Notes under the pieces: generated by a model
What the model saw: only the letters and a program-made list of their open reading frames with translations
Database searches by the model: none
Told to the model about the DNA's origin: nothing
Made by a program: the position numbers and the translations under genes
In this document: positions 58,301 through 64,000 of the stretch, one piece after another
Layout: every line of letters starts with the position of its first letter
Numbering within the stretch: the first letter of the stretch is position 1
Source of the DNA: the human T2T-CHM13v2.0 reference genome, Homo sapiens
DNA: 64,000 nucleotides
NCBI RefSeq assembly: GCF_009914755.1
Contig: NC_060936.1
Strand: one strand, 5' to 3'

Positions 58301-60455
58301 GGCTTTGGATGAAATACGTCATGCGTTTTGAAACATTTATCAAAGGTTTTAAGAGCCCTTGAATCTCTGCTGCCCATTCCTTCACCTAAGTTGTAATTAT
58401 ACTACCTTTTTCTAAAAGGAAATATTCTTCTTCTCTTTTTCTGTTCCTATCTTGTTGAAAGAAATTAAGCAAAAAAAAAAATCTTAATTTTTTTTCTCAT
58501 ATTCCAAATAAAATACATTTCCATTTTCTAGTAATTGGTTATGAATTTAGTTATACAAATGATAGGTTTTACTTATAAAATTTTTGAATAGAGGTTTTTT
58601 TTGTGGTGGCTCTTAATTTTGAGATGTCATGGATCTTCGAGAATCAGATGAAAATAACTCTAGTCTCAGAAGAAGGTAAATATGCCCACATGCAAAATTT
58701 TGGAATCAAAGTCATGAAGCCAGAGACCTCCTTGAAGTCCATCATCTATCCAAAGATTCCCTAGAGATATGAAAGTAAATCCTCTTACTTTAAAGGATTA
58801 CAGAAAACGTGTTTGCTATTTTTATCCTAATTTTGGTGGTACAGCGAATGGCTTTGATTTTGGATGCATTAGGTATTTTTTTAAAGACTTGAATTCCTGA
58901 TATTTTACATATGTTTTGTTTCAGAACTCATGGCTTCTAATGGTTATATATTTTGATACTTTTCATGGCATTGAGCTTCTCCACAAATGACACAATGGAA
59001 GATCAAAGAAGTTTTGAAGAGGGGAAAAAAGCAAACCTTGATTTCACAGTAACTATCTCTAGAGACTAACTTTCAACCTGATAAATTTTTCCTTTGGCAA
59101 CCAAATTATTTTTTCCTTGTGCACAAACACATTTATTTGATTTCCCTTATTGTTTTCCCCAGGAGGAATACACTGAAACTAAGCTGCATAGGAAGTATGA
59201 GAAATCTTTTCTAGACCTTTATCTAAAACATAACAGATTGTAAACACAGTAATGTAAGACATGCAAAATTAATGTCTCTACTTTTCCCATAATTTTTTAA
59301 TAGCAACCATTCTTCCTTCTGACAGTCCCTTACTGAAACTGTGAAGCCACTGTTTTTTATTGTGGGTTTTAGTTTTTGGCATCCCATTTTACAGCAATAT
59401 ACTGAATGTATGCTAGCTTTCTAGCTGGAACGTTGTTGTATATATAGAAGATTCTTCAAAATGTGCATGTAGTCAGATTTGTTTTATTTAAAGTCAGTCA
59501 TTTGGCTGTTCTGGCCGCTGATCCCTGGCCCCTGAGAAAGGAGACATTGATTACTGTGACCCATGCCTGGCACACTGCAGGCCCTCATAAGTAATTGCTG
59601 CCACGAAGCAAGCCAAGCACGACTTAGTGCTGGTAGAAAATCTAACTCCTCATTGCAGCAGCACCCCTGCTCTCATCCAATGTGAAGGGCAGCAGTCCGA
59701 GAAGCGTCAGGTTGGTGAGACCGGCCTGCTTTGTAAACATTTCCTTAGAGGAAAAAAAATAAAAATGAAGGCAGCAATATTTCCAACCCAAAAGCTGGGC
59801 AAAAAGGGTGGGAGAGGCTATCACAGAGTTGCCAAGCCAAGAGCTCACGATGATAGTAATAAAGGTAGTAGTTCACAGCATGAAAGAGAAAACACAATAA
59901 ACAGGACACAATGCTCCTGATGACATGCCAAGGATGTGCCAAATTCTAAATTTGCCACCTAGATATGATAACCCAAAAGGAAGGACAAGGCTTAAGATTG
60001 TTAAATAGGTTTATATTTTAAGTTTTTCTCAAATATGTGTTTTTGAAATCCTATGAGACGAACATGCACAATGTTATTTCATTTTTTACATCTTTAGAAT
60101 TGTCAGCAAGACAACCGCGGTTTTCACACATGTGACAGTGGCAAGTATCAAATACAGATCCAAAAACATTTTCCTTTGTGGTTAGTTCTGAGGGATTATC
60201 ACAAGGTAATGGTCCCTGAGAATTTAAATATCAGGGAATTTTGAGACCAACACTTAGCACATCTAGGCATAGATATGCAAAGTTGCCTAGAGCAGTCTAT
60301 TGCTCCAAGGTATAGATAGTGAGTAGGGAGGAGAGGATTCCCTCTGGGGATGCTGACATTAAACACTAATATTTCTGCAATACTACAGAGATAAGTCAAT
60401 CAGACCAGGGAGCCACTGATCAGACTTACAAGAACAGCAATAAAGAAAGAAACAT

Positions 60456-60780
60456 GGGCAGGCGCAGTGGCTCATTCTTATAATCCCAACACTTTGGGAG
60501 GCCAAGGTGGGCAGATCACCTGAGGTCAGGAGTTCAAGACCAGTTTGGCCAACATGACGAAATCCCATCTCTACTAAAAATACAAAAATTAGCTGGACAT
60601 CCTGGCAGGTGCCTGTAATCCCATCTACTCAGGAAACTGAGGCAAGAGAATCCCTTGAACCCAGGAGGGGAATGTTGCAGTGAGCCAAGATCATGCCACT
60701 ACACTCCAGCCTGGGAGACAGAGCAAGACTGTCTCAAAAAAAAGGAAAGAAAGAAAGAAGAAAGAAAGAAAGAAAGAGAA
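60456..60780 (+). mobile_element. AluSx/Sz-like with (GAAA)n tail
   Basis: 'gggcagatcacctgaggtcaggagttcaagacc', full dimer. Confidence 0.93.
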
Positions 60781-60789
60781 GCCTATAAT

Positions 60790-61000
60790 ATTAACAATAG
60801 CTCATATTTATTGAGAACTTAGTGTTTGGAGCCTCAGTACTATTCATTCCTCATACTTATCCAATTTTGTAAGTATCAGCATTTTTCCTATTTTACACAT
60901 GAGAAGATTGAGACTTGGAGCAAATAAATAACTTGCTCTGTTCACACAAAGTAATAAAGTATGAGTTCTAATCCAGACTGTCTGGCTGCAGGGTCCATTC
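60790..61000 (-). mobile_element. MIR
   Basis: 'aatagctcatatttattgagaactt', 'cctattttacacatgagaagattgagac'. Confidence 0.65.
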
Positions 61001-61129
61001 AGATGTTGACACCGCACTGTGGGACCAGGAACAAAGACATCTGACTTCCAGCATTCAGTTGCTAATGCCTGCCCATTGTTACAAGGAGAGATACGCTTCA
61101 GGCAATCTTATCCTGGTGCCATGGTATCA

Positions 61130-62235
61130 CAGTATATATTTCACTCATTATTTTTTGTTTACTGTTTTGACAAATACTGTTGCATACCTATTATGGGCAA
61201 AGCTGTGCAAAGCATTAGGATGCAAGAATGATGAGTAAAAATGATACAAGTTTTTTCTGTCATGGAGCTTACAAATATAACATGGCAATGGTGACTCATG
61301 TTATGAAGGATAGGTAAATGGGACTGTAAGAACCTAGACAGGGCAATTTGTCCAAGTCAGCGTGGCCAGCAAAGGGTTCATTGAAGAAACACTATTTGAA
61401 CCAGATCTGGAAGATGTGCAGCAGCCAATTCCTTGAAGAGGAGATGGGTATGAGAGTACGATAGACAGGAGGAACATTATGTACCAAGTTCTGTGCCTCT
61501 GCAGGTACAGCAGATAAGAGATGCTGAAACACCAGGTGGCTGGAGCTGTGGGGGTGCAGGGCTGCAGAGGAAGATAAAGCTGGAGAGGGGTACTCAGACC
61601 ATGCAGAACCTCAAATGCATTTAGAAGATTTGAATTCATTTATCCTAATAGCAGTGGGAAATCATTGCTGGTGGGTTCTGGGTGTATTAAATGTGAAGTG
61701 TTTTAAATGAAACGTCATGGTTAAAATATGAAGAAAGAATTGGAAAATGAAAGCTTGGAGATCATTTAGAGGCATTTCTCACCAGGTGAGAGATGAGGGT
61801 GATTTGAACATGGTTATGTTGATGGTGATGGATGGAAGTGTAGAGGTTGGTGAGAGGTTTTAAAAGCTAGAATCAACAGAACTTGGACAAGAATCAGCTA
61901 AAAGGGTAATAAGGGAGAAGACATCAAAGATGGCCTATAGGAGTCTATCTTATTTAGCCATGTGAATGCAGTGCCATTTACTGAAACTGAGAACACTAGG
62001 AGAGATGGCTTTGAGGGGAAAGCTCCTGAGTTGGTTTGGGGGAAATATTTGTTTTGAGATGCCTTTGAGACATTCAAGTGGAAATGTCAAATAGGTAGAT
62101 GTATGGGATGAAACCCGGGGCAGAGGCTGGGAATGGGGGATTCAAATTTGTGAGTCATCTGCTTCTATTCAGTGAGGTAAATTAAGTGTGTGGGTGAAGT
62201 AGCCTGGGGAAAGATACAGAGCGAGAAGAAGAGGG
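61130..62235 (-). mobile_element. L2 (L2a/b-like) fragment
   Basis: 'catggagcttaca', 'gcagtgggaaatcattg', 'tttgagatgcctttgagacattcaagtggaaatgtcaaatagg'. Confidence 0.75.
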
Positions 62236-63214
62236 CCCAGGAGGAAATCTGGAGATTCATCTATTCCAACCCCGCTCTCTTTGATTCCTGCTTTCCAAGC
62301 ACCTTCAGGTTCCAGGGCGATCTGATTGCAGGGAGAGAAAGCACACATCCTACAGACATCAGGTGTCCTTGTTCCTGTGGCAACCCACTCACAAAGGAGT
62401 TTCACAAGTTATTTCTGATAATGATGTAGATTCTTATGTACAGGTTCACATGAGGAGAGAGTGTGTGGATCGTGTGAATGAGACAGTTACATTTGGTGTT
62501 TTAAATGAATAGATTGGCATTCTGCAGCTGTCTCACTTTCTTGCATTTCAGGTACAGTGAGTCAGTCTCTCAGAACTACACATGACAGTCTTGGTATCTT
62601 TTCTTTCTCTTTCAGGGGGCCATATCCAGCCTGACTCTCCCTCCTACAGACACCACTTTTAGCCTCCATGCAATTTAGTTATTTTCATTTCCCAACTTTC
62701 AATATCCATGAAACTAAAAGCAAGGTCCTGCTATCAAGAGGTTCTAAAGAGACTGGGACCTTGAGGAGGATGGGAATGGTTGGAAAGAGGCATTATGTGG
62801 TGTTCTAGGGAATCAATGTGGTTTGAATTAATAATTGGCAGTAAAGACCCAATTTAAGGTAGAGATTCTGAATTTGTAGAAGACCTGAACTGTACTGTTA
62901 CATGACTTTCTTCTTCAAAACCAGGCAGTCAAGCCTTAATTTCTTATGCTCTCTAGATGCTCTTTTTGAGTGAAAAGCAGTTCATAGTTTAACTCCTAAC
63001 AGTGATTAATGTTTACAGTAGGAAAGCATAATGGAAAAATGTATGATATTTTGGTTCATACTTTTATTATTAAAGGCATTTTGGTTGCTAGTAAATGAAC
63101 ATGTGTTCACATCTCCATAATTATGTTCATATTTGGCGCATTTTGCTTTTCAGACCTTTTGTTTTGCTGTCATGTAATCAAATTATGTCTTACAAATAAA
63201 GTATAAATAAGAGC

Positions 63215-63290
63215 AAATTTCAACAAGTTACTTAACCTTTTTGTGCCTCAATTTCCTCATCTTTCAAACAAGGACAATAATACCTAGAGA
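63215..63290 (+). mobile_element. MIR core
   Basis: 'caagttacttaacctttttgtgcctcaatttcctcatct'. Confidence 0.7.
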
Positions 63291-63704
63291 AGGGAGAAAA
63301 CAATTTTCTCCCATTTTTTTTCACTCTCCTCACTTTTCTGCCTCAAAATAGACACTTCTCCCTCTTAGAGATTTTAGATTAAACCTTTCAGTTCTATTTT
63401 TCCCCCTTCTCACTAGCTTGTCCCCACAGGATGATAGCAATTTATATATTCCTACATTCAAATAGTACCTGGCATTGTGCCTGGTACATGCTAGAAACAG
63501 GATTAAAGTACCAAATATATTAGGTTTTCTAGTTATTATCCTCAACTTGGTGCCTTAACTCTTTGTTTGTGTTTTGTTTTGTCTTTAACAATAACACACT
63601 GCCATTCTAGTCTCATTTATAGGTCTACAACATGTTCCATCAGGATGCTTCATTTTTAAATTTGAATTTAACATCACAGATTGTTCATAGATGATTCCTC
63701 ACTT

Positions 63705-63910
63705 GACCTCCATTTCTTCCTTTTTTCTTTCTTTCTTTCTTTCTCTTTCTTTTTTCTTTCTCTCTCCCTCCCTCTTTCTTTCTTTTCCCCTTCCTTCCTT
63801 CCTTCGTTCCTTCGTTCCTTCCTTCCTTCCTTTCTTCTTCCTCCCTCCCTCCCTCCTCCCCTCCTTCCCCCCACCACCTCTTTGGCTCTTTCTTTCTCTC
63901 TCTCTCTTTT
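63705..63910. repeat. Polypyrimidine (CTTT/CCTT/CT)n tract, the expanded tail of the adjacent Alu
   Basis: ~200 bp of almost pure C/T. Confidence 0.9.
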
Positions 63911-64000
63911 GTGACAGGGGCTTACTCTGTCACCCAGGCTGCTCTGCCACCCAGGCTACAGTGCAGTGGTGCATTAATGGTTCACTGCAGCCTCCAACTC
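63907..64000 (-). mobile_element. AluJ-like, runs off the window end
   Basis: 'gacaggggcttactctgtcacccaggct...tcactgcagcctccaactc'. Confidence 0.85.

Noticed and set aside
59140-59200. Strong acceptor-like site ttttccccag|g at 59162 (and others at ~62551, ~62615)
   Set aside because: No good matching donor nearby; isolated acceptors are common in AT-rich DNA.
63674-63914. R/K/E-rich and S/F/L/P-rich ORFs
   Set aside because: Translations of the CT-rich simple repeat.

Overview
Primate (most likely human or great ape) non-coding genomic DNA, judged from AluY/AluS/AluJ, L1PA3-10, THE1, LTR12 and MER50 elements. I find no credible host protein-coding gene, tRNA or rRNA. Long ORFs in the track are decayed LINE-1 ORF1/ORF2, ERV gag remnants, antisense repeat frames or AT-low-complexity artefacts. 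Over half the window is transposable elements, and four structures dominate. (1) 13.8-17.9 kb: an old L1 whose 5'UTR+ORF1 is joined straight to an L1PB4-type 3' end (ORF2 absent), carrying two THE1 solo LTRs. (2) 22.9-39.6 kb: a nested cluster in which an old L1M hosts an antisense L1PA7 partly replaced by a younger L1PA3/4, an AluJ split by ~1.95 kb of AT-rich repeats containing an inverted copy of itself, a second AluJ split by an L1PA10-like insert, THE1B and MSTB. (3) 48.0-49.7 kb: a 5'-truncated L1PA4-like element. (4) 51.7-56.8 kb: a deleted MER50-type ERV1 provirus inside an LTR33, itself carrying a CpG/CCAAT-rich solo LTR12. I found no evidence for a new biological system; the best leads are retrotransposition/repair scars and possible LTR-derived regulatory activity. 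Subfamily names come from recalled consensus diagnostics, not a RepeatMasker run, and boundaries of old elements are approximate.
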